Source: Candidatus Gottesmanbacteria bacterium
Lineage (GTDB): Bacteria > Patescibacteriota > Microgenomatia > UBA10105 > UBA927
Assembly: GCA_030679255.1 (NCBI GenBank)
Contig: JAUXTO010000019.1
Span: 1,699-65,698, forward strand
Length of the DNA: 64,000 nt
Direction: 5' to 3'
Below the pieces are notes generated by a model. The model worked only from the letters and a program-made list of their open reading frames with translations, had not been told where the DNA came from and did no database searches. The translations under genes and the position numbers were made by a program. This document shows, piece after piece, positions 18,137-28,324 of the stretch; the first letter of the stretch is position 1; each line of letters begins with the position of its first letter.

Positions 18137-19738
18137 ATGGGCACATTCTTGCCTGTCTTCGTAGCCCTTATCCTCACCCTTGCCAACTCCGCTAATTTTC
18201 TCTCCGGCGTGATGGCGACCCGGGCCGGAGAAGTGTATCTGGGGACCACGCATTACTATGAAGATTATTTTCTCTACCTCAACCAATTCTTCCAGGGCGC
18301 CCATGGTGGGTGGCTGACCTTCAACCGCTACACGAGCGAACCAACGCCGGCAAGCATTCTGTTCTGGCCAAACATACTCCTCGGCAAACTCGGCGGGCTC
18401 TTCGGATTATCTCCCGAAATAAGTTATAACCTATCCGTCATGCTCCTTTCGTTTAGCGTGCTCATAACCCTTTTCTCTCTCATGGCGCATACGTTTCTGA
18501 AGGATAAAACGAAAGCGTTCATCGGTTTTCTCCTGGTCGCCCTCTCGACCTCCCTCATCAATCACATTTGGGTAGGGGGAAAACCCATGTGGTATCCGTT
18601 TCAACTCTGGAAAACGCCAAACTTTGCTCTCGACCGCTTGGGCGGCGTCCCGCACCAACTCGTCCAAACACTTTTATTTTTACTCGCGATGCACGCATGG
18701 TTTTTCTTCCGTCCAAAACGATATCCCGCTATGCTGGTCTTGCTGGTCCCGCTTGTATTACTGGTATTACTATCAAGTCTCAACCCCGTCATGAGCGCCA
18801 TCTTTCTTGGGACTCTTTGGATGACCCAAATGATTATCCGTCCCAAACAAGCAGCTTCATGGATGACCCTTTTGGTGATCAGTGTGGGCGTAGGGGCGAC
18901 TGCCTGGTATTACAATGGTGTATCAAGTCTAGAGCCGCATATCCAATCCAAACTCTGGGAAGCGGGACAGCAAATCACGACGACCCCGCTCTTCATGCTT
19001 CTCTCGATTGGCCCGATTAGTCTCCTCGGCGTCATCGGGGCAATAGCCACAATAAAACGTGCCCGCCCGATTGAGATCTTTTCTATTATTTTACTATCGG
19101 TAAGCTATATGCTCTATTTCTCGCCTATTCCCAAACTCATTGGTATCTCCAATAGCCGTGTCCTCTTCCCCGCCATGTACGCCGCGTGGGGCATCCTGGG
19201 AGTCCTGGGCATTGAATTCTTGGCCAGTCAACTCCATAAATATATTTCATCAATAAAAATCTCCTCTCTTACTATCTGTCTATCTACTATCTTTCTCCTC
19301 ATCTCCCTCCCCACTCTCAAATGGGAACTCGGACAAAAGCTCGTCGTCAAGCCAGAGGAACGTACCCCCTTGTTATATCTGACCAATGACGTCTTTAAGG
19401 CATTTGCATATCTCAAGACTCAAGGGTCATTTGACGATGTTGTATTGGGCAACCCCGCAAGCCATATGGACGCACTACTCCCCGCCATCACGGGCCACAC
19501 GGGTTACACCGGCCACCCGTTTGCGACCATACATAATGAAAATAAAAAGTCGGACGTGATGAAATTTTTTCAATTAAAAATGACGACGAATGAAGCCAAG
19601 CAGTGGTTGAACAATAGAAAAATCCACTACATCCTCTTCACGAAATTTGACGGTGATATCAAACGGTTTTGGCTTGCCTATCCATTTCTCAAAGTACTTT
19701 TTTCCACGCCCTCTGCAACGGTCCTGGAATCTTTATAG
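18137..19738 (+). CDS. Polytopic membrane protein; family X paralog 1 of 4 (uncharacterised, GT-C-like)
   Basis: Shared motif H.YEDYFLYL..QG..GW....TSEP with 19760, 47542 and 49563. Confidence 0.45.
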   Translation: MGTFLPVFVALILTLANSANFLSGVMATRAGEVYLGTTHYYEDYFLYLNQFFQGAHGGWLTFNRYTSEPTPASILFWPNILLGKLGGLFGLSPEISYNLSVMLLSFSVLITLFSLMAHTFLKDKTKAFIGFLLVALSTSLINHIWVGGKPMWYPFQLWKTPNFALDRLGGVPHQLVQTLLFLLAMHAWFFFRPKRYPAMLVLLVPLVLLVLLSSLNPVMSAIFLGTLWMTQMIIRPKQAASWMTLLVISVGVGATAWYYNGVSSLEPHIQSKLWEAGQQITTTPLFMLLSIGPISLLGVIGAIATIKRARPIEIFSIILLSVSYMLYFSPIPKLIGISNSRVLFPAMYAAWGILGVLGIEFLASQLHKYISSIKISSLTICLSTIFLLISLPTLKWELGQKLVVKPEERTPLLYLTNDVFKAFAYLKTQGSFDDVVLGNPASHMDALLPAITGHTGYTGHPFATIHNENKKSDVMKFFQLKMTTNEAKQWLNNRKIHYILFTKFDGDIKRFWLAYPFLKVLFSTPSATVLESL

Positions 19739-19759
19739 CCGTTTCATTAGAATGATGGA

Positions 19760-21472
19760 ATGGAATGGATGATAGTTTTAATAGTTTCCGCGGGCTTAAC
19801 ACTTATCAATAGCGCGCATGTCATCATCCAGTGGACCCTCAATAAACCCGGGGAAACATTTACCGGCATTGCCCACTCATTCGCCGATTATTTTCTCTAC
19901 GTGGGAGCGATGGCCCAGGGAGCCGCAGGACGGTGGATTTGGATGGAGAATCTCTTCACTAATGAGCCGACAAACCTAACGTGGTACTACTGGTTTTACG
20001 TAAGCCTTGGCCACATCGGTAGTTGGGGTCGTCTCTCCCCGTTTGCCACCTACAACGTGAGCCTCTTTCTTTTCGTTATCGCACTTTGCCTCGTCTGGTA
20101 TAAGCTCACGAAACTTCTCTATCCCACAAATACCTTCCTCCGGCTGACCACCTGGCTCCTAATCCTCACATCGACGAATTTTATTAGCTTCGCAAGGCCT
20201 GGCCTTGCGAAGCTAGGTATATTGGGTTTTTCTCAAATGGAACTTCTTGGTCAATTTTGGTTCTCGCCTGCTCCGGTGTTTAGTCGGCTCGGCGGGGTCC
20301 CCTACCATGTAGTGCAGTCCATCTTGTTTATCCTCCTTGCAATCACTTTTTCCCATCTCCTTGCCTCGAAATCAATTACTCGGGATTATAGTGGGTCACA
20401 TGGTAACATGTTAGCATGGTTACAAAATAAAAAATTACGCTCTTTTCTTTCATTGGTCATTCTGGCTGCCATCGCAGCCAGTGCCAATCCTGTCCAAATG
20501 CTCGTATTTGGCGTGGCGGCGCTTATCACCACAGCGGTCATGACCAATGCCGCGATCTACAAAAAAATTGCGCTGCTGGTGTGTCTTTTCATTGCCGCAG
20601 GGGCCGGAGCATGGTTAACGCAGATGGAATTTTCCCGCCAGGCAGTATTTCTCGCGGCCCGCAGTTGGGAACTCGTGCAACAGGTCCGTAACAACCCATC
20701 GATCCTTATTCTTTCCATAGGTCCAGTACTACTCTTTATCCCATTCGGCATGCAAAAAGTATTCAAAGAAAAAAATCCATTACACATCCTCTTTGTGATC
20801 TGGGGACTCCTCTCTTTTGCATTATTTCTCTCTCCCATCCCCCGACTTCTTGCCCTCTCTCCGGTCCGGTTCCTCCACCCGGTGCCCTACGCGGCGGCGC
20901 TCGCCATCCTCGGGGTGGAAGGATTGGTGCAGTTAGCCGGCTTGCTTCATCGGAGATTAAAAAATAAAGTAACACTCACCACTATCCGCGTGGCATTACT
21001 ACTTGCCTATCTCATCCTCACCATTCCCGCGATCTCCCGCCAATTTATCGACCGCATCACCCCGGCCCGTAATCCGCAACTCCTCATGGACACCATCTAC
21101 AACCACGTCCCCGCCCCCATCGCCGACGCCCTCACCTGGCTCAGAGTGACAGGGCCTGGCCCTGTCATAGAGCGTCCGGTCGTGCTTGTTGATCCGGCTA
21201 TCCCCATAGAAGTGCTCGTGCCAGTATTCACCGGAAAAATCTCCTTCTCCGGCCACCCCATCCATACGCTCTACCCCGATGTGAAAGAAGCCAAACGGCA
21301 GAAGTTTTTCGGAGGGAAAATGAGCGAGACTGAAGCGAATCAATTCTTAAAAGATCACCGGATAGGATATATTATTTCCAAACCGATATCCCCCACTCTG
21401 GCGGACTATTCAAAATTTGTTACAATGGTTTTTCAAAACGATGTAATCGCGATATTCAAAACAATGAAATGA
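19760..21472 (+). CDS. Polytopic membrane protein; family X paralog 2. Contains an in-frame REP palindrome.
   Basis: FADYFLYVGAMAQGAAGRW...TNEP. REP encodes SFARPGLAKL. Confidence 0.45.
   Translation: MEWMIVLIVSAGLTLINSAHVIIQWTLNKPGETFTGIAHSFADYFLYVGAMAQGAAGRWIWMENLFTNEPTNLTWYYWFYVSLGHIGSWGRLSPFATYNVSLFLFVIALCLVWYKLTKLLYPTNTFLRLTTWLLILTSTNFISFARPGLAKLGILGFSQMELLGQFWFSPAPVFSRLGGVPYHVVQSILFILLAITFSHLLASKSITRDYSGSHGNMLAWLQNKKLRSFLSLVILAAIAASANPVQMLVFGVAALITTAVMTNAAIYKKIALLVCLFIAAGAGAWLTQMEFSRQAVFLAARSWELVQQVRNNPSILILSIGPVLLFIPFGMQKVFKEKNPLHILFVIWGLLSFALFLSPIPRLLALSPVRFLHPVPYAAALAILGVEGLVQLAGLLHRRLKNKVTLTTIRVALLLAYLILTIPAISRQFIDRITPARNPQLLMDTIYNHVPAPIADALTWLRVTGPGPVIERPVVLVDPAIPIEVLVPVFTGKISFSGHPIHTLYPDVKEAKRQKFFGGKMSETEANQFLKDHRIGYIISKPISPTLADYSKFVTMVFQNDVIAIFKTMK
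20186..20214. repeat. REP-A, 29-nt perfect palindrome AGCTTCGCAAGGCC-T-GGCCTTGCGAAGCT, inside a CDS
   Basis: Exact palindrome seen directly. Confidence 0.9.
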
Positions 21473-23196
21473 ATAAAAAACATATTATTACCGGGTTCGT
21501 CCTGACCATCCTTCTGTTCGCTGTTCACCTCGTCATCATCGATGACTACGGCATCACGTGGGACTTCCACCATCATTTCTTTGCGGGGCTCTATCACCTT
21601 GGGATCCCACTCAAAGAGAGCTTAACGAAAAACATCCCCTTCACGATGCCTGACCCGCGCGGGACGTATGACCTGCCGTTTGGGCCGCTTATGCTCATCG
21701 CGCCCACCATCACGTACCAGATATTTCATGAATGGCTCGGGCTTCTTGCGTTTGATAACGCCTATCACCTCTCCATTATCGTTTCGGGGGTTGCCGGAGT
21801 CTTCATCCTCTATCTTTTTCTTCTGGAAGCATTCGGCTTGGCGACTGCGCTTGCCGGTTTTGCGTTTCTTGCGCTCCTGCCTCGTTACTTCGGGGACCTG
21901 CATAACAACATGAAGGACGTACCGCAGGCAGCCGCATTTGCTCTGGCCATCTATATGTTCTGGCGCCTCGCGCGGTATAAACGGTTGAAGGATTTGATCT
22001 TGGCCACCCTCGCCTTCGCAATAGCATTTAATACGAAGGTGAATACGCTGTTGGTGCCGGTGATTGCGGGAATGTGGATGTTCCTCACGAGTATAAAGGG
22101 ATTAGTATATAGGGGTAAGGATAAATCATTTTTTATTGGTCATTGGTCCGCCAGCTGGCGGATGGTCATTGGATATTTCCTCCTCGCTCCCCTCATGGCC
22201 TTCCTCCTCTGGCTCCCATTTTGGAAAGATCCCATTGACCGGCTGATCTACATGTTCCGGTTCTTTCTGGACAATACACTCAATCTCGAAGTCCTCTACT
22301 TCGGCACGATCTATAAAAGTGCCATCAACGTCCCCTGGCACTATGCATTGGGGTACCTGGGGGTGACGACACCGATTCCCACGCTTATATTTTTTCTTAT
22401 TGGAATTTTGATAATTGTTTGGAAATTGAGATTTGAGATTTGGGATTTGAAAAAGGCCACCGGCCTTCTGCTCCTCCTCTGGTTCTTCCTCCCCCTCACC
22501 CGCTACCTCAATCCTAAGATTGGCGTCATCGACGGCATCCGGCATTTTGAGGAAGTCGTGTTTCCACTGGCCGCCATTGCCGCGGTGGGAGCGGTAAACG
22601 TCATGAGACGCATGAGTCACATGGGTCGCATGAGTCTCATGGTGATCATCCTCCTCTCCCTCATCCTCCCCATCGTCCGCTATCACCCCTACCAGATCTC
22701 CTATTTCAATGAGTTAGTCGCGTCAAACGCGACTACTGGACGCATTTCGGAAGTCGCGTCAAACGCGACTCGCGCGTTTCTAACCGGCGCGGGCGGCATA
22801 CGGGGAGCCTGGAAAAACTTTGACGTGGAGTACTGGGGCACCTCACAAAAAGCTGCGATGCGCTGGCTCAACGCCAATGCGCCGAAGGATAGCTATGTCC
22901 ACGTCCTCATGGCCGGCGACTCGGCGGCTAAATATCTTCGTCCCGATCTTCTCGCCCGCGTCAACAAAAAAGGGTTTGATGAAGCCGACTACGTGGTGGT
23001 CCTCAACCGGCAATCGTTTTTTAACCGCTACTGGGGCATCACCGACTACATGCCCAAACATAAAATCGCTTACACAGTGAGTGTACAAGGAGTTCCGTTG
23101 ACGCTTATTTACGATAACAAACTCGGGCTCGTCTCCCCTCCTGCGTTCCCTTGGTGGGAAAAACCCAACAGTCCAACTACCTTCCAAATCCCGTAG
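21469..23196 (+). CDS. GT-C fold membrane glycosyltransferase (PMT/ArnT-like) carrying several in-frame simple-repeat tracts
   Basis: Many TM segments. Tracts at 22418-22450, 22600-22640, and an 19-nt direct repeat at 22717/22752. Confidence 0.45.
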   Translation: MNKKHIITGFVLTILLFAVHLVIIDDYGITWDFHHHFFAGLYHLGIPLKESLTKNIPFTMPDPRGTYDLPFGPLMLIAPTITYQIFHEWLGLLAFDNAYHLSIIVSGVAGVFILYLFLLEAFGLATALAGFAFLALLPRYFGDLHNNMKDVPQAAAFALAIYMFWRLARYKRLKDLILATLAFAIAFNTKVNTLLVPVIAGMWMFLTSIKGLVYRGKDKSFFIGHWSASWRMVIGYFLLAPLMAFLLWLPFWKDPIDRLIYMFRFFLDNTLNLEVLYFGTIYKSAINVPWHYALGYLGVTTPIPTLIFFLIGILIIVWKLRFEIWDLKKATGLLLLLWFFLPLTRYLNPKIGVIDGIRHFEEVVFPLAAIAAVGAVNVMRRMSHMGRMSLMVIILLSLILPIVRYHPYQISYFNELVASNATTGRISEVASNATRAFLTGAGGIRGAWKNFDVEYWGTSQKAAMRWLNANAPKDSYVHVLMAGDSAAKYLRPDLLARVNKKGFDEADYVVVLNRQSFFNRYWGITDYMPKHKIAYTVSVQGVPLTLIYDNKLGLVSPPAFPWWEKPNSPTTFQIP

Positions 23197-24392
23197 CCTG
23201 CAAACACCGCAACCCACGGGTATGCCGGGAGCGAAAAACGTTCTTCACTCGTCGAAAACATGTGAGCGAGAGAAATATAGAGAAAGAAAATGAACACTGC
23301 CAAGACAAGCGCCTTGTTTCTCTTGAAGGCCATCGCCATCCCTGCGATGGCCAATAAGAGTACTGCGAGATTTCCCCAGTAGGTCAAGGCTTTCGCCTCC
23401 GGCGATGGCTTGCCCATGACGTAGGGATAGATGAAATGCTTCTCCCATACATACCCCATTTTGGCAATCCGCGACTGAATAAATCCCACGGGATCACGAT
23501 TGATGATGTCCGCGGCCATCGTCAAGTGCCGCCCGGCAACTTCTTCCCGTCCAGCCCGATCTTTGGGAGCAGTGAACGCGCCCCACGCGTTTTGGGCCTC
23601 TACCGGCCAGTCGCCCCATTTCTCGTCGGTGAAGGGCATCCCGCGGCCGATGTAGAGGCTTGCGTAGAGTTCACGGACAAATGTGGGCTCGACCCCAAGC
23701 ACGCTAAACTGTTTGTAATACACCAGATTGCCCGCAATCGTGTACCAAAACGGAAGACTAAAAAGGACAAGTGCAATCAGACCGTTGATCATTCTTTCTT
23801 TTGCCCTCCTCATCGAGGATAATTTCGTCCAACAGATTGCACCAAAGACGACAATCGAAAGGACAATAAAAACCGGCCGGACTTGAGGGAGGAATCCCAA
23901 GAGTAAACTCAAGAATGCGAAGATTACCAATGATTTTTTCTCAAAGAATCGGATAAAGAGCACGCTCATTAATGTGATTAAAAACACCGTGACGACTTCA
24001 GAAAGCAGCACCCCCACGTATCCGGCGGTGAAGGGGTTAAAGAGATAGAGAATAAAGGCGATCCATGACGGTACAGTTTTTTTGAATACTTTATGGGCTA
24101 TCCCATACACCAACCCTGCCGTCATAGTATCCAATACCGCATGAAACACCGTCCACGGCATGGCGGACTTCACCCCAAACAACGCGATAAGTGGAGCCAC
24201 GATCAGCGGATACCCGTAGAGCCGGTACAAATCCGCGTGCAGGCCTTTATTGATAATACCGAGCGCATACCCGTAATATTCATCTTGATCATAAACAAAC
24301 GGCTGAGGAACGAGCCGCGCAATCCAGAGGCGGAAGAGGAAACCTGCAATAAGGAAACCTACAAAAATAACTGTGGATTTGAGGATACGCAT
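23109..24392 (-). CDS. ArnT/PMT-like (GT39-type) membrane glycosyltransferase
   Basis: N-terminal YDQDEYY DE motif then about 10 TM segments. Confidence 0.55.
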   Translation of the reverse strand: MRILKSTVIFVGFLIAGFLFRLWIARLVPQPFVYDQDEYYGYALGIINKGLHADLYRLYGYPLIVAPLIALFGVKSAMPWTVFHAVLDTMTAGLVYGIAHKVFKKTVPSWIAFILYLFNPFTAGYVGVLLSEVVTVFLITLMSVLFIRFFEKKSLVIFAFLSLLLGFLPQVRPVFIVLSIVVFGAICWTKLSSMRRAKERMINGLIALVLFSLPFWYTIAGNLVYYKQFSVLGVEPTFVRELYASLYIGRGMPFTDEKWGDWPVEAQNAWGAFTAPKDRAGREEVAGRHLTMAADIINRDPVGFIQSRIAKMGYVWEKHFIYPYVMGKPSPEAKALTYWGNLAVLLLAIAGMAMAFKRNKALVLAVFIFFLYISLAHMFSTSEERFSLPAYPWVAVFAGYGIWKVVGLLGFSHQGNAGGETSPSLLS

Positions 24393-24738
24393 TAGAAGAA
24401 AGTATACACCTTCTCACAAACAACGCTTATTGAAATAAATTCGGCACTCGATATGCCACTGTTATTGGACGAGGCGTTAAACCGACTCCACGACAAGAGT
24501 ATCCCCCATATTCCGCATTTTCATGCCAACCGATTCCCCTGTGTCCAACTTCTTCTGGTGGTAACGATGGGCGTCCACACTCCGGACATTCGTAGCCCAC
24601 GATCACTACTACTTCTTTATATTCCGGTCCTCTCCGATCAAATGGATAATGCACTTCTTGCATAATTAATATACGAATACGTCTCCAGGCAGGACAATAA
24701 ACAGGAGAGTACTCTCTCTCTTTGGACAAAAGTCAACG

Positions 24739-24767
24739 TTGACAACATTGATCGGAAGTAGTACAAT
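24739..24767 (+). promoter_or_regulatory. Consensus sigma70 promoter: TTGACA, 17-nt spacer, TACAAT
   Basis: ttgaca acattgatcggaagtag tacaat, 16 nt upstream of ATG 24784. Confidence 0.55.
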
Positions 24768-24783
24768 AGTTCATACTTACAGT

Positions 24784-25038
24784 ATGAATACTCAACGTAT
24801 CACCATCAGTATTCCGACGAACGTCTATACGCTCCTTGCTCAACAGATCGGCTCCGGCAAAGTGAGCCAGTATGTGAGCGAAACGATTCATAGTAGACTC
24901 ATCGAAGAATCCATGAAAAAAAGACTTACCAAAGGCCCTGTCGAAGAATTTTTCGCTCTTCGCAAAATCACTAAAAAACTCCCAACGGCCAAAATTCTTA
25001 CTGCCATCCATACCGGCCGCCGTATGAGTGCTGTATGA
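24784..25038 (+). CDS. VapB-type (RHH-like) antitoxin
   Basis: Small protein ITISIPTNVYTLLAQ...; its stop overlaps the PIN gene start (ATGA). Confidence 0.55.
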   Translation: MNTQRITISIPTNVYTLLAQQIGSGKVSQYVSETIHSRLIEESMKKRLTKGPVEEFFALRKITKKLPTAKILTAIHTGRRMSAV

Positions 25039-25442
25039 AATCTATCGTTATCGCTGACGCATCTGTGCTCCTTACCGCTCTTTTTGGCTCGAACGATCGC
25101 ACAGCCACAAAGCTCAACCGATTATTACACGACGATGCTTCTCTGGTGCATATTCTCCCCTTCACGATCATAGAATTTGCCAATGGGGTACGCTTTTCTA
25201 CCCGCGATGTGCCCGCCGCGACACGAATACTGAAACAGTTTAACGCGCTAACACTTCCCGTTATGGAAATAACATCAGCAGACGTTCAGGCGATTGTCGA
25301 ACTTTCCTACCGACTCGATACGACCGTCTATGACACCGCGTACCACCACATGGCCCTTATGCAGGGCGGGGTATTTGTAACCTGTGATAAAGGCTACTTC
25401 AAAAAAGCATCAACGCTGGGGCATGTAGAACTGTGGGGATAA
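25035..25442 (+). CDS. PIN-domain toxin (VapC-like)
   Basis: IVIADASVLLTALFG...D..YHH pattern of a PIN fold. Confidence 0.6.
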   Translation: MKSIVIADASVLLTALFGSNDRTATKLNRLLHDDASLVHILPFTIIEFANGVRFSTRDVPAATRILKQFNALTLPVMEITSADVQAIVELSYRLDTTVYDTAYHHMALMQGGVFVTCDKGYFKKASTLGHVELWG

Positions 25443-25454
25443 TGCTGAAGGACT

Positions 25455-26435
25455 TCACCCCAAATATCGGAACCAATCCTTCGTTGCCTTTTTGATCGCT
25501 GCGGGGGTGAAGATGGGGGCCTTATCCCAATCGTGGATGTGGGCAAGGACTTCTCCTACTCCTTCTTCAAAAGAAACCTGAGGTCGAAAACCTAATACTT
25601 TTTTTATTTTAGTGATATCGGCGTGAGTACTATCCGGCTCGCCGGGGCGTTTGGGGATATGGACGCGCCTTTGCCCGCCTAATAACTCAACGAGTCTGTT
25701 GACACTCTGTGGGTTACCGGTACCCACATTAAACACCTCTCCAACTACGTTTGACCGCGCGGCCGCAATCATCGCCGCCACCACATCACTCACATACGTA
25801 AAGTCCCGTTTTTGACTGCCGTCCCCCACCACCGTATACGGCTTATTGTTAATTTTTTGTGCCATAAAGGTACTAAACACCGGTCCGTAATCACCCGACA
25901 CGCGCGACCGCGGGCCGTAGACATTAAAGAACCGTAAACTCACGACGGGCAGCTTATAGACTTGAAAGTAATGCAGGGCGTAGAGCTCGCCCAGATACTT
26001 CGTAAGTGCATACGGGAACTGGGGAGCTATCGGCGCTGTTTCCGGAGTCGGTACGGGCGGATTCTTGCCGTAGCACGTCGAGGATGCGGCGTAGACAAAC
26101 TTCTTAATATTGACCTTACGGCAGGCCTCCAATACATTGACGGTCACGGTGACATTAGCACGGTGATATTCGGCCGGACGCAGGATTGACGGCACAATAT
26201 CAGAGTATCCTGCCAGATGAAAGACCCAGTCAATGTTTTGAAAATATGCCGGATTGACGACCGTTTCGTCGGCTAAATCCAATACATGAACCTTCAACTT
26301 TTTTTCTTTCCTGAAGGCTTTGATAAAATCCGATACGACGAAGTCTAATGCAGTAACCTTGTGCCCATCAGAAAGCAGCCGCTCGACCAGGTGGCTCCCA
26401 ATAAATCCCGACGCACCAGTGACTATTACTTTCAT
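25455..26435 (-). CDS. NAD-dependent epimerase/dehydratase (SDR)
   Basis: MKVIVTGASGFIGSHLVERLL. Confidence 0.7.
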   Translation of the reverse strand: MKVIVTGASGFIGSHLVERLLSDGHKVTALDFVVSDFIKAFRKEKKLKVHVLDLADETVVNPAYFQNIDWVFHLAGYSDIVPSILRPAEYHRANVTVTVNVLEACRKVNIKKFVYAASSTCYGKNPPVPTPETAPIAPQFPYALTKYLGELYALHYFQVYKLPVVSLRFFNVYGPRSRVSGDYGPVFSTFMAQKINNKPYTVVGDGSQKRDFTYVSDVVAAMIAAARSNVVGEVFNVGTGNPQSVNRLVELLGGQRRVHIPKRPGEPDSTHADITKIKKVLGFRPQVSFEEGVGEVLAHIHDWDKAPIFTPAAIKKATKDWFRYLG

Positions 26436-26451
26436 AGAGTCAAATCAATGT

Positions 26452-26561
26452 GTCATCCCCGCGCTCCTTGTTGTCATTCCCGCCCGCCGCGACGGGTAAA
26501 CTCCGGCGGGAATCCATTCCTCATTTTAACACTGGATCCTCGGGTCAAGCCCGAGGATGAC
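26452..26561. repeat. MITE-C, a bipartite hairpin element (GTCATYCC...GGRATGAC). It provides the C-terminus and stop codon of the 26474 gene.
   Basis: gtcattcccgcc..ggcgggaatcc .. ggatcctcgggtcaagcccgaggatgac. Confidence 0.7.
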
Positions 26562-27781
26562 AATAATGAAATGAGCAGTTCTACCCCACTCCCCGCCCAA
26601 AGGCTCAAAATAGGGTAATAGACGAGCGTGTGGCGACTTTCGTTGGAGAGGAGTGGGAAGAGGAACGTAATGTAACAAAACAAGAGTGTTGAAAAAAGAA
26701 AAACAGGTTCGCCCAAAACCTTCTTACCTTTCCCCCCTACCTGCCGGAGTATCCCCACGAACCACATCCCGATCAGGGTTATATTCAGGATCCGCATGGG
26801 CCACTGATCCCACGGATAAAATTTATCAACATACGTATAGATATGATCCTTATCCCACAGCCACACGACGTTCATGGCAATATTGGAAAGGAACGTGGGC
26901 CACTCCCCCGGCAGACGCGCGAGAAGCATGCCTTTATATTTTTCCGAATGCGCGGCTTTGCCTTCGAGCGGCGTGTTCCAATAGCTCTGGACAACCTGCC
27001 CGTACTCGGGAATCTCGCCTTTAAACTCGACCTCCGGATACTTCCACCGGAAAAAGTTGAGGTAGATGATTTCATACTTGAGGTTATACGGCGGGACGAG
27101 CGAGACTTTGCCGAACGTTTTATAATTGACGATCAGCGAATAGGACGAGGCGAGGAGAAAACCGGCAAGCAAAAACGCCAATAATTTCCCTCCCCGAAAT
27201 ACCCCAAATTCCCTCAAAGCCCCAAATCCCAGTATTCCAAAAAAGACAAACAGGAAGTAGTAAAACGAATGGCGGGTAAAAAGAAGAAGCCCGGCCGTCA
27301 GCCCAAAGCCAAGCCAAAGGAACGCGTGCGTCCGAAGCGCCGGCCGCGAAAGGATATACACGAAAAGTGATACAAGGAAGATACTCACGGTTTCGGCTAG
27401 AGCTAGGCCGGTAAACGCGGCAACAAAGGGATTAAAGAGGTAGATAATAAATGAGAATAACGCTGCCTTCTGATTGAATAGTTTTTTGGCAGTTTCATAA
27501 AGAAGGATGGCGGAAGTGAGATCAATGACGATGTGGACCAATCGGACGGCAGTAAGATTTTCAATTCCAAAAAAGTTGTAGATGACCGCCAAAAACGCTC
27601 CGTAGCCCATATTTTTGGCACAGCAGTCGATGGGCCATTTCCCTAGAAGAAATTGAATAGCAAAATCCGAATAGCCTTTGCTGTCAAAAACTATCGTATT
27701 GTAAGCGTTAAACGCGAGGATCAGGCGGAATACCAATCCCCCCAGAAAAAGCCAAATCAATAATTTAGTCTGTTTCGTCAT
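26474..27781 (-). CDS. ArnT/PMT-like GT-C membrane glycosyltransferase
   Basis: Polytopic; N-terminal loop motif similar to the other ArnT-like paralogs. Confidence 0.5.
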   Translation of the reverse strand: MTKQTKLLIWLFLGGLVFRLILAFNAYNTIVFDSKGYSDFAIQFLLGKWPIDCCAKNMGYGAFLAVIYNFFGIENLTAVRLVHIVIDLTSAILLYETAKKLFNQKAALFSFIIYLFNPFVAAFTGLALAETVSIFLVSLFVYILSRPALRTHAFLWLGFGLTAGLLLFTRHSFYYFLFVFFGILGFGALREFGVFRGGKLLAFLLAGFLLASSYSLIVNYKTFGKVSLVPPYNLKYEIIYLNFFRWKYPEVEFKGEIPEYGQVVQSYWNTPLEGKAAHSEKYKGMLLARLPGEWPTFLSNIAMNVVWLWDKDHIYTYVDKFYPWDQWPMRILNITLIGMWFVGILRQVGGKGKKVLGEPVFLFSTLLFCYITFLFPLLSNESRHTLVYYPILSLWAGSGVELLISLLSSSGLTRGSSVKMRNGFPPEFTRRGGRE

Positions 27782-27784
27782 GTA

Positions 27785-28321
27785 TTATTTACTATAGACG
27801 ATGTTCGTCCTGCCATACACCCACCAAAAGAAATGAAGCATCAGAGCCGGTACAAGAAAAAATGTAAACGGCTTACGGCTTACGTATACCTCGCCCATTC
27901 GCTCAATATCCCCTGACGCCACAAACCGCGCGAGGCGCTTGTCGACGATCTTCATATGATTATAGTGTGTAAGAAGCGTTCTTCGTGATACGCCCGCGCG
28001 TCCCGCCCGGACGACCTCGCCCAACACCCGCATCCTGATTGATGACTCCATGACGCCAAAAATCCCCATAAAATAATTGCCCGTGAGAAGGGTCGAAAGC
28101 AGGAATGACGCTGCCACAATGCCCAACGTCGGGACGGCACCCATACCACGCATACTACTCACGATGCCCAGGAATACATGGGCCGCCATACTCACAAAAA
28201 CGTACGTCATCCAAAAGACCGGGATCACCGACCGGTCAGAAATCTGCCGGAGAACCAGGACGTGAAGGGCCAAAAAAATCAGAAACGTCCCCACTGATCC
28301 CGCAAGAATAAAGATATCCAT
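27785..28321 (-). CDS. Membrane protein with a C-terminal winged-helix-like domain; paralog of 28325..28828
   Basis: VSRRTLLTHYNHMKIVDKRLARFV versus ITREEILTHFSDAETVVNRVNTLLYEKFL. Confidence 0.4.
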   Translation of the reverse strand: MDIFILAGSVGTFLIFLALHVLVLRQISDRSVIPVFWMTYVFVSMAAHVFLGIVSSMRGMGAVPTLGIVAASFLLSTLLTGNYFMGIFGVMESSIRMRVLGEVVRAGRAGVSRRTLLTHYNHMKIVDKRLARFVASGDIERMGEVYVSRKPFTFFLVPALMLHFFWWVYGRTNIVYSK

Positions 28322-28324
28322 AGA

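Noticed and set aside
24427-24729. 78-100-aa ORF with a CPECG zinc-ribbon-like motif on the minus strand
   Set aside because: No SD or promoter. It overlaps the region that holds the consensus promoter for the VapBC operon on the other strand. Kept only as a possibility.
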